Shown here piece after piece: positions 17,755 to 27,636 of a DNA stretch of 64,000 nt. The stretch spans positions 32,206-96,205 of the forward strand of contig JAFYDI010000023.1 in assembly GCA_017544835.1 (NCBI GenBank), given 5' to 3'. Source of the DNA: Lachnospiraceae bacterium (GTDB lineage Bacteria; Bacillota; Clostridia; Lachnospirales; Lachnospiraceae). The stretch's first letter is position 1. Every line of letters starts with the position of its first letter. The notes beneath the pieces are model-generated. The model was not told where the DNA came from, ran no database searches, and worked only from the letters and a program-made list of their open reading frames with translations. Both the position numbers and the translations under genes were made by a program.

Positions 17755-18573
17755 ATGAAAGTTACGGATGCAGAATTTGTAAAAGCGTTTTGCAAAATGT
17801 GTAAAAACGGTAATGCCTTTGGGTGGCATGAAAGAAACGGCGGCAATTTATCTTACCGTATAAGGGAAGATGAAGTTGAACACATAAAGGCACAGCTGCA
17901 TGAGTCGGATGTGTGGAAAGAAATCGGCGTAAGCGTACCGAGACTTGCAGGCGAATACTTTCTGGTGACGGGCTCGGGCAAGTTTTTTGCCAATGTTTCG
18001 GATAATCCGGAAGAAAATGCAGGGATTATTAAAATCGATGAAAAGGGCGAAAAATATAGCGTAGTATGGGGCTTTTTAAACGGAGCCCGCCCCACAAGCG
18101 AACTGCCGACTCACTTAATGAATCATGAAGTAAAGAAAATATATACGGATGGCCGTTACAGGGTGATATATCACGCGCATCCCGCCAATCTTATAGCACT
18201 CACATTTGTGCTTCCGCTTGAGGATAAAGTGTTTACAAGGGAGTTATGGGAGACTATGACGGAGTGCCCCGTTATTTTTCCGAAAGGCGTCGGAGTAGTT
18301 AAGTGGATGGTTCCGGGAGGAAGAGAAATAGCGCTTGCTACGGTTGAAAAGATGAAAGAATACGATGTTACCGTCTGGGCTCACCACGGACTTTTTGCGG
18401 CGGGAGAGGATTTTGACATGACTTTCGGCCTTATGCATACGGTAGAAAAAGCATCCGAAGTGCTTGTAAAGATTATGTCCATGACGGGAAAAAGAAGGCA
18501 GAGCATCACATCCGATGATTTTAAGAGCCTCGGTGATGCTTTCGGAGTCGTAATTCCCGAAAAATTTTTATAA
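17755..18573 (+). CDS. rhaD: rhamnulose-1-phosphate aldolase (class II aldolase/adducin family)
   Basis: 272 aa. Class II aldolase His-rich region (YHAHPANLIALT...WAHHGLFAAGEDFD). Confidence 0.8.
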   Translation: MKVTDAEFVKAFCKMCKNGNAFGWHERNGGNLSYRIREDEVEHIKAQLHESDVWKEIGVSVPRLAGEYFLVTGSGKFFANVSDNPEENAGIIKIDEKGEKYSVVWGFLNGARPTSELPTHLMNHEVKKIYTDGRYRVIYHAHPANLIALTFVLPLEDKVFTRELWETMTECPVIFPKGVGVVKWMVPGGREIALATVEKMKEYDVTVWAHHGLFAAGEDFDMTFGLMHTVEKASEVLVKIMSMTGKRRQSITSDDFKSLGDAFGVVIPEKFL

Positions 18574-18675
18574 TAATTTAATGTGAAGAAGAATCTTGCG
18601 ATATGCTATAATCGGATTGTATAAAAGCCAATTTGTGTCCTTAGGGCAGATTATGGCATATCTTAAGAGGTTCCC

Positions 18676-20286
18676 ATGGAGAGAAAAATTTTAAAGAACA
18701 AATTGTATCTGTACCTAACCGAGTTCTTTGCAGGAATGGCGGTTATGGCAGCAGAACTTGGTGCGAGCAGACTGCTGGCGCCATATTTTAGTTCATCACA
18801 GATTGTGTGGACGATTATCATCGGTACCATCATGATAGCGATGGCTCTCGGTAATCTCTACGGAGGAAGAAAGGCCGATAAGGACCCCAATCCCGACAAG
18901 CTTTACGGACGAATTATAATTGCGGCTGTGTGGCTTGCACTGATACCGGTGCTTGGTAAGTACATTATTATCGGCTTATCCGGGTTAATAGTTGTGGCAG
19001 TTAACTCAAATTTCCTGGTAATTGCAGGTTTTGCGGCATGTATGGTGATATTCGTGTTCCCTTTATTCTTACTGGGAACGGTTACACCGTCGCTTGTTAA
19101 ATTTACGATGGACAGTCTTGATGACAGCGCAAGTATCGTAGGAAGGCTCAACGCTTCCAACACTATAGGAAGCATTATCGGTACATTCGTACCTACGTTT
19201 ATAACCATCCCTGCAGTGGGAACGTCTGTTACTTTCCTGATTTTTGCAGGTATTCTTTTGATTCTTTCCATAGTTTATTTTGTGAGTATAAAGGCAAATT
19301 TTTTAAAGGCCAAAAAGGTACCCGTTAGTATCGTCATATTCGTCCTTTGCTGCTTTTTTGGCCATAATTCAAGCTTTGCTTTCTGGCAGAGCGACCTAAC
19401 TTATGAGGGCGAATCGGTATACAATTATTTGCAGGTGTACGAGGATAGCAGAGAGGTTATTCTTTCTACAAACGTGCTCTTCGGTGTGCAGTCGGTATAT
19501 CTTAAGGATAAGGGTCTTACCGGCATGTATTATGATTATGCCATGGCGGCACCGTTTATGACGGGCGTGCATGAGAAGGATACGCTTAAGATGCTTATTC
19601 TCGGTAACGGCTCGGGTACTTACGCCACGCAGTGTAAGAGGTATTTTGACAATACGGATATTATCGGAGTTGAGATAGACGATAAGATTACGGAATTATC
19701 CAAAAAGTATTTTAATCTTCCCAAAGATGTTGAAGTTATCACTTACGACGGTCGTGCATTTCTTAATGCCGACGCAGGCAAGTACGATGTGATCATGGTG
19801 GACGCTTACCAGGACATAACCATTCCTTTTCAGATGTCTTCCACAGAGTTTTTCACATTGGTTAAAGAACACTTGACCGATGACGGCGTTATGGTCGTTA
19901 ACATGAACATGCGAGGCTCGGGAGAGGGCAGCATCAACGAGTACTTATGCGATACCATAGCAAGCGTATTCGGCAAGGTTTATAAGGTTGATGTGGCATA
20001 TTCGGGCAATACCGAAGTGTTCGCATCGGATAGAGAAAACCTGCTTGACGTGATGGCTTCAAATATGCGTCTTGAAGAGAATGTCGAGCTGCTTAATATG
20101 ATTTCAAGGGTAGCTGCCACCATGGAAGCATACGGAGGCGGCGATCTCATTATGACCGATGACAAGGCGCCTGTGGAACTTCTCGGCATGAAGGTAATAG
20201 ATGAGATGATTCAGGATGAAGTGGCTTACTATAAGCGTGTTTTCAAGGAAAAAGGCTTTAAAGGTATAGCGGAAATTCTTGAGTAA
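18676..20286 (+). CDS. fused polytopic membrane domain / spermidine-synthase-like aminopropyltransferase
   Basis: About 7 N-terminal TM helices. C-terminal SpeE-like fold (LILGNGSGTYATQ...IGVEIDDKITELSKKYF...VIMVDAYQD). Confidence 0.7.
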   Translation: MERKILKNKLYLYLTEFFAGMAVMAAELGASRLLAPYFSSSQIVWTIIIGTIMIAMALGNLYGGRKADKDPNPDKLYGRIIIAAVWLALIPVLGKYIIIGLSGLIVVAVNSNFLVIAGFAACMVIFVFPLFLLGTVTPSLVKFTMDSLDDSASIVGRLNASNTIGSIIGTFVPTFITIPAVGTSVTFLIFAGILLILSIVYFVSIKANFLKAKKVPVSIVIFVLCCFFGHNSSFAFWQSDLTYEGESVYNYLQVYEDSREVILSTNVLFGVQSVYLKDKGLTGMYYDYAMAAPFMTGVHEKDTLKMLILGNGSGTYATQCKRYFDNTDIIGVEIDDKITELSKKYFNLPKDVEVITYDGRAFLNADAGKYDVIMVDAYQDITIPFQMSSTEFFTLVKEHLTDDGVMVVNMNMRGSGEGSINEYLCDTIASVFGKVYKVDVAYSGNTEVFASDRENLLDVMASNMRLEENVELLNMISRVAATMEAYGGGDLIMTDDKAPVELLGMKVIDEMIQDEVAYYKRVFKEKGFKGIAEILE

Positions 20287-20297
20287 GGAGAGTAAGA

Positions 20298-20840
20298 ATG
20301 ATTTATTTGATAGGCGGAAGTTCGCATGTGGGTAAGACTTTCTTTTCCCAGAAGCTGATGGAAGATATAAAGGTTCCCTATGTATCGCTTGACCATATTA
20401 AGATGATGTTTATAAGAAGCGGTCTTACGAAACTTACGGTAGAAGACGACTACGAGATGCGGTATTTTCTGTGGCCGTATGTGGCAGAGTATATTAAGAC
20501 CTGCATAGAGAATGAGCAAAGTCTGATAGTGGAAGGCTGTTATATTCCGGAAAATTACAGGGATGCTTTTACCGAAGAATACCTTAAGGACATTAAGTGC
20601 GTGTATATAGTGATGAGCGAAGAGTATATCAGAAACCACGTGGATGATTTGATTGACAAGGCTTCTGTAATCGAAAAGCGCATTGACGACGAGGTTGATG
20701 CAGAGCGCCTTATTATGTGCAGCAAGGAATTTAAAGAACTCGGTAATGCACATAATATACCCGTGCTGAAAATTGACAAGGCCTACGACGAAGCTTTGAT
20801 TTTAAAAGAGTTAAAAGAAAAACTGGAAGTGTCAATTTAA
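20298..20840 (+). CDS. P-loop NTPase/kinase-like protein
   Basis: Walker A IGGSSHVGKT at the N-terminus. 180 aa. Family uncertain. Confidence 0.5.
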   Translation: MIYLIGGSSHVGKTFFSQKLMEDIKVPYVSLDHIKMMFIRSGLTKLTVEDDYEMRYFLWPYVAEYIKTCIENEQSLIVEGCYIPENYRDAFTEEYLKDIKCVYIVMSEEYIRNHVDDLIDKASVIEKRIDDEVDAERLIMCSKEFKELGNAHNIPVLKIDKAYDEALILKELKEKLEVSI

Positions 20841-20962
20841 TACATTTTTATGCGCCTTAACATGTTTTTAATGAGGGCGAACTATGATATATTTAATCTA
20901 AGAACGGACATGTCCGCAGGCGGGGTTACACCTGTTAATCCAATCGGACGTGACAAATAATA

Positions 20963-22093
20963 ATGAACGCAGATAAACTTACAAAGTATCTTGATTCTTT
21001 GCTTCCTACCTACGGAATTCCTTCCGTAGACTGTATCGTATACAAGAATCACAAGGAAATCTATCGTCACATGGCAGGTACCTCGGATGAAGCGAGAACA
21101 GTACCCGTTGCGGCGGATCAGAAGTATTTAATGTTCTCCATGACTAAAGTAATGACCATGACTGCAGTTATGCAGCTTGTGGAACAGGGTAAGATAAGTC
21201 TTGAGGATGAGGTGGGTAAGTTCCTTCCCGCTTATAAGAATCTTAAGGTTGAGACAGAAAGCGGCGTTAAGGATGCCTCACAGCCTCTTAAGATTAAGTA
21301 TCTTGTATCAATGCAGTCGGGACTTGACTATGACCTTGAGCGTCCCGGTATCAAGCGTGTGCTTGCCGAGAAAGGCATGAAAGCGACTACAAGAGAGTTG
21401 GTTGATGCTTTTGCGGAGAGTCCGCTTAAGTTCGAGCCCGGTTCAAGATTCTTATACAGCTTAAGCCATGATGTGGCAGCAGCCATTGTAGAAGTGGTAT
21501 CGGGTATCAGCTTCGGCGAATACTTAAAGGAAAATGTATGGGAGCCTTTGGGCATTAAGAATACTTTCTTTGCGCGTCCCATGAACGATGATGTTGAAGG
21601 TCTTGCCAAGCAGAATATGTTCTATGACATTAAGGATATTCGCCCCATGGAGCAGAGCTGTTGCTATCAGCTTTCGGAGAGTTACGAAAGCGGTGGTGCG
21701 GGACTTATAAGCTGTACGGAAGACTATGCGCGTCTTGCGGATGCTCTTGCCTGCGGTGGCGTGGGAGCTACGGGTAATCGCATATTAAAGCCCGAGACTG
21801 TTGAGATTATCAAGCAGAATCTTCTCGGAGAAGCTTCCCTTAAGGATTTAAGAGAGAGCATGGGTCGTGTGGGCTACGGTTACGGCGTAGGTATGCAGGT
21901 GTTTATGGAGCCTTCGGCAGTAGGCAGCAGTGCTCCCGCCGGAATCTTTGGCTGGGACGGAGCAGCGGGCAGTGCGGTTCAGATGGATACGGCATCCGCG
22001 ACTTCTTTTGTCTTTATCATGCATGTAAGAAATATGGGGCTTGTGTACTCAGATGTGCACCCTCAGCTTAGAGATATTATATTTACGGAATAG
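20963..22093 (+). CDS. serine hydrolase, beta-lactamase/PBP-like family
   Basis: S-x-x-K active-site motif (FSMTKVMT). 376 aa. Confidence 0.75.
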   Translation: MNADKLTKYLDSLLPTYGIPSVDCIVYKNHKEIYRHMAGTSDEARTVPVAADQKYLMFSMTKVMTMTAVMQLVEQGKISLEDEVGKFLPAYKNLKVETESGVKDASQPLKIKYLVSMQSGLDYDLERPGIKRVLAEKGMKATTRELVDAFAESPLKFEPGSRFLYSLSHDVAAAIVEVVSGISFGEYLKENVWEPLGIKNTFFARPMNDDVEGLAKQNMFYDIKDIRPMEQSCCYQLSESYESGGAGLISCTEDYARLADALACGGVGATGNRILKPETVEIIKQNLLGEASLKDLRESMGRVGYGYGVGMQVFMEPSAVGSSAPAGIFGWDGAAGSAVQMDTASATSFVFIMHVRNMGLVYSDVHPQLRDIIFTE

Positions 22094-22099
22094 TGGGAG

Positions 22100-22855
22100 A
22101 TGGGTATGTATAAGTTTAATGTTGAAAAGGCAGTAAACGGTGCCGTCAGATGGATACAGGAGTGGTTCGAAGAGAATGGCAAGGGCTGCAATGCAGTGCT
22201 AGGTATATCGGGCGGCAAGGATTCTTCCGTAACCGCAGCACTTTTGGTTAAGGCTCTCGGTAAGGACCACGTAATCGGAGTAATGATGCCTAAGGGTGAG
22301 CAGGCCGACATCAATATGTCCAAGCTTTTAATCAGCCACTTAGGTATTAAATCTTACGAGATTAATATCTTAGGTGCTGTGGAAGGTTTGGAGAAAGAAC
22401 TCAAAGCGCAAGAGTTTACCTACACCGACCAGGCGCGCATTAATCTGGCACCTCGTATCCGTATGTCTACGGTGTATGCGGTAAGTCAGTGTAATAACGG
22501 TCGCGTGGCCAACACCTGTAATCTTTCGGAAGACTGGGTAGGATATTCCACAAGATACGGTGATTCGGTAGGTGATTTCAGCCCGCTTTCTTTCTTCACC
22601 GTTCATGAGGTTAAGGAGATGGGCAGATACTTGGGACTTCCGGCAGAGCTTGTGGACAAGGCGCCTTCGGACGGCCTCTGCGGTAAGACCGATGAGGATA
22701 ATCTCGGATTCACTTACGAAGTTCTGGACAGATATATAAGAGAAGGCGTGTGCGACGATCCTGCGACCAAGGAACGTATCGACACTCTTCATAAGAGAAA
22801 TTTATTTAAACTTAGTTTTATGCCTGTATATGAGCCTGAAGATTGTTTTGAGTAA
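22100..22855 (+). CDS. nadE: NH3-dependent NAD+ synthetase
   Basis: PP-loop SGGKDSS (LGISGGKDSSVTAALL). 251 aa. Confidence 0.85.
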   Translation: MGMYKFNVEKAVNGAVRWIQEWFEENGKGCNAVLGISGGKDSSVTAALLVKALGKDHVIGVMMPKGEQADINMSKLLISHLGIKSYEINILGAVEGLEKELKAQEFTYTDQARINLAPRIRMSTVYAVSQCNNGRVANTCNLSEDWVGYSTRYGDSVGDFSPLSFFTVHEVKEMGRYLGLPAELVDKAPSDGLCGKTDEDNLGFTYEVLDRYIREGVCDDPATKERIDTLHKRNLFKLSFMPVYEPEDCFE

Positions 22856-22866
22856 AGGGGAGAATA

Positions 22867-24291
22867 ATGCTTCGTGCGCTTCACGGTAAGTTAAAAGAAT
22901 CTCTTATATCGGTGGTTCCGGTGGTGGTGATAGTGTTGATATTATGCGCTACACCGTTACTGAATTTATCGAGCGGAGAGCTTGTAACTTTTCTTATTTG
23001 CTCGGTTTTCTTAATTATCGGAATAGGGTTGTTTAATCTGGGAGCCGACATTTCCATGTCGCCTATGGGCAGTTACATGGGTACCGGTCTTACCAAGTCG
23101 CGCAATTTAAAATTGCTTTTATCGGTTACATTTCTGATGGGACTGCTTATTACCGTGGCGGAACCGGACTTATCGGTTCTTGCCTCGCAGGTTAAGGATG
23201 TATTTAACGAGACACGTCTCATCATTACCGTTGGTGTGGGAGTAGGATTGTTCCTGCTCATGGCGGTCTTAAAGATTATCTTTAATAAGAGCTTATCAAT
23301 GCTCTTAATGCTTTTCTATATGCTTCTTTTTGCCCTTGCTGCGCTTATGATAGAAGGCAGTAAGAGTAACTTTATTCCACTGTGCTTTGATTCGGGTGGC
23401 GTTACTACGGGCCCTATTACGGTGCCCTTTATAATGGCGCTGGGACTTGGTATTGCGTCTACCATAGGCGGTCACGATGCCGAGGAGAATTCCTTCGGTC
23501 TTGTGGCTTTATGCTCTGTGGGACCTATAGTGGCTGTTATGATTCTTGCAGTCGGCGCAAGCGGCAATATTACGTATGTGCTTCCCGATTATTCGCTGGA
23601 GGCGGCACTTCATGAAGGCGTAATAGGATTGCTTCTTGAAAAGGCTCTTGAGTGTATTAAGGCGCTGGGACTTATTATCGCTTTCTTTGCGGTCATACAG
23701 CATTTCGTGCTTAAACTTCCCAAAGACAGAATTATGCATATTATCGTGGGAATAGTGTATACATTCATAGGCCACGTTATATTCTTAAGTGCCGTAACTG
23801 CGGGCTTTATGCCTATCGGTTATAAGATTGGTGAGGAACTTGCGGAAGGAAATGACGGCTTCCTTATCGGATTTTCTTTTGTCATAGGTGCGGTTACGGT
23901 TCTTGCGGAACCGGCGGTTCATGTACTTAACAAGCAGGTTGAAGAGGTTACGGGCGGTACCGTTACCAAGCGCTCCATGATGGTGGCACTTGCCATAGGT
24001 GTGGGAACGTCTATAGGACTTTCGGTTATAAGAACCATTTTCGGATTTTCGATTCTTTATTATCTGATTCCCGGATATTTTATTTCACTGGCACTTTCGA
24101 TATTTGTGCCCAAGTTATATACCGCGATTGCTTTTGATTCGGGCGGTGTGGCAAGCGGACCGTTAACATCGGGCTTTATTCTGCCTCTTATCATAGGCGT
24201 ATGTGCGGCGCTAAGGGGAGAAGGCAGCGTATTATCGTATGCTTTCGGAATTGTTGCGATGGTGGCCATGACGCCTCTTATTACCATTTAG
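22867..24291 (+). CDS. tandem-DUF1538 polytopic membrane protein
   Basis: Two homologous halves, each with a GAD...P.G and AEP motif (TVAEPDL / VLAEPAV). About 12 TM helices. Confidence 0.6.
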   Translation: MLRALHGKLKESLISVVPVVVIVLILCATPLLNLSSGELVTFLICSVFLIIGIGLFNLGADISMSPMGSYMGTGLTKSRNLKLLLSVTFLMGLLITVAEPDLSVLASQVKDVFNETRLIITVGVGVGLFLLMAVLKIIFNKSLSMLLMLFYMLLFALAALMIEGSKSNFIPLCFDSGGVTTGPITVPFIMALGLGIASTIGGHDAEENSFGLVALCSVGPIVAVMILAVGASGNITYVLPDYSLEAALHEGVIGLLLEKALECIKALGLIIAFFAVIQHFVLKLPKDRIMHIIVGIVYTFIGHVIFLSAVTAGFMPIGYKIGEELAEGNDGFLIGFSFVIGAVTVLAEPAVHVLNKQVEEVTGGTVTKRSMMVALAIGVGTSIGLSVIRTIFGFSILYYLIPGYFISLALSIFVPKLYTAIAFDSGGVASGPLTSGFILPLIIGVCAALRGEGSVLSYAFGIVAMVAMTPLITI

Positions 24292-24401
24292 GCGCTTGGC
24301 TTTAAGGCAATAGCGGCAAGAGCGGTACGCGAGAGAATTGTTATGAAGCGTATCCTTGACGCGGACGATGAACAGATTATTTACTTTGATAATGTTTAAA
24401 G

Positions 24402-24911
24402 GTGTTTGGTATGGATACTGAGAAGACCGGTAACAAGAAAGAGAAAGCAAAACCTACAATTAAGCCAAAGAGTAAGCAAAAGCCCGAGCCCAAGCCTAAG
24501 TTTAAAGAAAAGGCCGCTCAGGATAAGAAGCCTAACGCGACGCCGAAGCCTAAGGATAAAAATGTTTCGACCAACAGGCTTATGCTTCTTGTCACCATAG
24601 TTAACAGAAGAAAAGCAGAATACTACGCAGACCTTATACAGGATATGGGCGCGAATCTTTCTTTTGTCGCGATGGGAGAGGGTACGGCCAATGCCAAGAT
24701 GCTTGATATGCTGGGACTTACTGACAATTTGAGAGTCGCAATTTTCAGTGTGGTCAAGGAAAGTGCCCAGACGAAGATACTAAGGACACTTGACGATAAG
24801 TTTACATCCATAAGGGATGGTAAGGGAATTGCTTTTACGGTGCCGTTTTCAAGCGTTATAGGCGCATCGGTGTTTAATTTCCTTAGTGACAACAGAATGA
24901 CTTTCAAATAG
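24402..24911 (+). CDS. P-II-like (GlnB-fold) protein with Lys/Pro-rich N-terminal extension
   Basis: The N-terminal 60 aa are low-complexity and K/P-rich. The C-terminal roughly 100 aa resemble the P-II fold (MLLVTIVNRRKAEYYADLIQDMG...). Start may be later. Confidence 0.5.
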   Translation: MFGMDTEKTGNKKEKAKPTIKPKSKQKPEPKPKFKEKAAQDKKPNATPKPKDKNVSTNRLMLLVTIVNRRKAEYYADLIQDMGANLSFVAMGEGTANAKMLDMLGLTDNLRVAIFSVVKESAQTKILRTLDDKFTSIRDGKGIAFTVPFSSVIGASVFNFLSDNRMTFK

Positions 24912-24940
24912 GCGCGGGGCGTCTTTAGGGAGATAAGCTT

Positions 24941-25276
24941 ATGAGCGATGTTAAATACGAAATGGTATGTTGCATAGTGAACGCAGGATTTTCAGATCTT
25001 GTGATGGAAGCCGCAAGAGCCGAGGGAGCAAGCGGCGGTACGGTTCTTCATGCAAGAGGAACAGCCAATAAAGAGGCCGAGGCAATATTTCAGATTACGA
25101 TTCAGCCGGATAAGGATATAGTGATGTTAATCGTCCCTGTTAAGATTAAAGATAATGTATTGCATGCGATTTACCAGCATGCGGGTCTTGATACCAATGG
25201 GCAGGGTATTGCTTTTTCGCTTCCCGTATCCAAAACAGCAGGAATTGGCAGAAAACCTAAGGAAAAGAAGGATTAA
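24941..25276 (+). CDS. nitrogen-regulatory-protein P-II family-like protein
   Basis: 111 aa. YEMVCCIVNAGFSDLVMEAARAEGASGGTVLHARG fits the P-II beta-alpha-beta fold. Confidence 0.55.
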   Translation: MSDVKYEMVCCIVNAGFSDLVMEAARAEGASGGTVLHARGTANKEAEAIFQITIQPDKDIVMLIVPVKIKDNVLHAIYQHAGLDTNGQGIAFSLPVSKTAGIGRKPKEKKD

Positions 25277-25353
25277 ATTCAGTCTTTTCGTTAATCGTAT
25301 GATAATGAAAAGTCCATATAATACCGATAGAATCAACAGATAAGAGGAATTAT

Positions 25354-27615
25354 ATGGAGCATATTATGCTGGACGTCGGATTGTATATATCCGCCGCTTT
25401 ATGCCTTGTTTTTATAGTACAAAGCTTTAAAAAGAGAACTCTGCTTGGTAATAGTTTAGGCAGAGTTCTTATAATGATGCTTATAGGTGTTGTGGCTTAC
25501 TATGTCAATTACCACAGCACCAATGAATATATAATGTATTTCGCCGAGAGCACCTGTCATGCATCTTATGACTGGATGCTGCTTTTCATGACTTCTTTTG
25601 TATGGGAGCTTACGGGTCACACCAAGCACACCTTTTTAAAGAACTTCTATATTGTGCTTGTAAGCATCGACTCGGCGGCTATTCTTACCAATCCCATCAA
25701 TCATTTTATCTTCTCGTATCATATCAGACAGGGAATATTTAATACCGTAGCCCTTGTGGATCCCAAGGCATTTTTCTGGATGCATCTGCTTGTGGGATGT
25801 TCCATGATCGGAATCATAATATTTATGCTGGTACGAGGCATACTTACGACTTCACGATATTACAGAGTCAGATACGAAATCGTCGGAGGGCTTTGCCTTC
25901 TTACGATGCTCTTTATCCTGGTATTCATATATGACGATCGCACCGTGATAGATTTATCCAAGCTTTTCATGGGTGTTGCGGCTTTGTTTTTAAACGTAGC
26001 TTCTTTTGACTTCCAGCCTTTAAGACTTATGAGAAATCTTCAGAACTATGTGGATGAGAACATGTCCGATGCTACGATAATCTATGACAATAAGGGACAC
26101 ATTTTAAAAATCAATGCCAAAGCCAAAAGCCTTATTGCGGAGAACGTAAGACAGAGCAGGGATTCACTTCTTGCTTACCTCGAGCTTGAAGACGAGGAAA
26201 ACAGAACCATCAAGATTATCAACGACTGTACCTACGAGGTAGTGTACAAACCCAAGTATGATGACAGGAACTTCTATGTGGGTTCCACGTTTATATTCTA
26301 TGACGTAACCGAGAATATGAAGCGCCTTGAAAGAGAGCATAAGGTGGCAACAATCGATTCTCTTACGGGTTGCTATAACCGTGCGGGCTTCATGGAGCAT
26401 GCCGATAAGTTTATCGAAGACAAGGAAATCACCGGCGGATACGTCGTTATGGTAAGCGGTATCAGAGACTTTAAGGGCATTAACGGTTTGTACGGCACCA
26501 GAGCCGGCGACAGAGTGTTAAAAGAAATCGCACGAAGATTTGCGGATTATTCCTTCAGCGTACCGATGCTTTACGGAAGAACTGCGGAAGGTAAGTTTAC
26601 AAGCATTCTTCCTCTTGATTACCTTGATAAGATAGTTAATGAATTAAGCCATGTGCAGATTCCCATAGAGGACGAGATGTCCGTCAACGTAAATATGTGT
26701 CACGGCTTTGTGGTAATGTCCGATATGACAAAGTCTGTAGAGTACTATTACGAGATAGCGCTTCTTGCTTTGGCCGAATGTAAAAAGAACGTGTCCAACA
26801 TCGTCCTTGAGTATTCCGACGCCATGGCCATGGAGCAAAGACGTACCCAGACTCTTATTGCGGAAATGCACGAGGCGGTTGAAAAGGGTGAGTTCTACAT
26901 CGAACTTCAGCCGCAGGTCGACCTTAAGACCAACAGCGTATCGGGCGCCGAAGCCTTGGTAAGATGGAACCATCCGACACTTGGCAAGATAGCACCTACA
27001 GAGTTCATTCCCCTTTTTGAGGAAAACGGCTTTATTTCCAACATTGATAAATTCGTGTGGGAGAAAACGGCTGAGACGCTTAAGATGCTTTCCGATGAAG
27101 GCGCATATGACGGTTCGATATCCGTTAACGTATCGCGCGTTGACGTTACCGCCATGAATGTGGCCGAAGAATTTGAAAGGATAGTCCAAAAATACGGTAT
27201 TGAGCCCGAGAGGCTTCACATAGAGATAACCGAGAGTGCCTGCGAAGGTAACAAAGAAGCTCTTATCAGTATGATGAATTCATTAAGAGATAAAGGCTTT
27301 GTGGTGGAAATCGATGATTTCGGAAGCGGCTATTCATCCTTGAATGCTTTGATGGAACTTCCCTTTGACGTAGTTAAGCTTGACATGGACTTCATGCGTG
27401 ACAAAGAAGCCGACTTTAAGGGCGGAGTTATCGTGAATGCGATGGCAGGTATGATTCATGACCTTGATGCAAGAATTGTCGTTGAGGGCGTTGAGAACGT
27501 AGATAACGTCAAGAAAGCGCTTGGTATCGATGGTGACGCCGCGCAGGGCTATCATTATTCAAGACCCATACCGGTGGAAGAATTTGTAAGGTTTGTAAAG
27601 CAATATAAAAAATAA
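25354..27615 (+). CDS. membrane sensor with degenerate GGDEF and intact EAL (c-di-GMP phosphodiesterase)
   Basis: About 7 TM helices at the N-terminus. GGDEF-like domain with RTAEGKF in place of GGDEF. EAL motifs GAEALVRW, EIDDFGSGYSSL and EGVE are present. Confidence 0.8.
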   Translation: MEHIMLDVGLYISAALCLVFIVQSFKKRTLLGNSLGRVLIMMLIGVVAYYVNYHSTNEYIMYFAESTCHASYDWMLLFMTSFVWELTGHTKHTFLKNFYIVLVSIDSAAILTNPINHFIFSYHIRQGIFNTVALVDPKAFFWMHLLVGCSMIGIIIFMLVRGILTTSRYYRVRYEIVGGLCLLTMLFILVFIYDDRTVIDLSKLFMGVAALFLNVASFDFQPLRLMRNLQNYVDENMSDATIIYDNKGHILKINAKAKSLIAENVRQSRDSLLAYLELEDEENRTIKIINDCTYEVVYKPKYDDRNFYVGSTFIFYDVTENMKRLEREHKVATIDSLTGCYNRAGFMEHADKFIEDKEITGGYVVMVSGIRDFKGINGLYGTRAGDRVLKEIARRFADYSFSVPMLYGRTAEGKFTSILPLDYLDKIVNELSHVQIPIEDEMSVNVNMCHGFVVMSDMTKSVEYYYEIALLALAECKKNVSNIVLEYSDAMAMEQRRTQTLIAEMHEAVEKGEFYIELQPQVDLKTNSVSGAEALVRWNHPTLGKIAPTEFIPLFEENGFISNIDKFVWEKTAETLKMLSDEGAYDGSISVNVSRVDVTAMNVAEEFERIVQKYGIEPERLHIEITESACEGNKEALISMMNSLRDKGFVVEIDDFGSGYSSLNALMELPFDVVKLDMDFMRDKEADFKGGVIVNAMAGMIHDLDARIVVEGVENVDNVKKALGIDGDAAQGYHYSRPIPVEEFVRFVKQYKK

Positions 27616-27636
27616 TGAGTTAAGGGCGTTTGTCAT

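Noticed and set aside
24292-24401. 18-codon sORF (MKRILDADDEQIIYFDNV) between the DUF1538 gene and the first P-II-like gene
   Set aside because: No RBS and very short. It is probably just intergenic sequence, and the real question is where the P-II-like gene starts.
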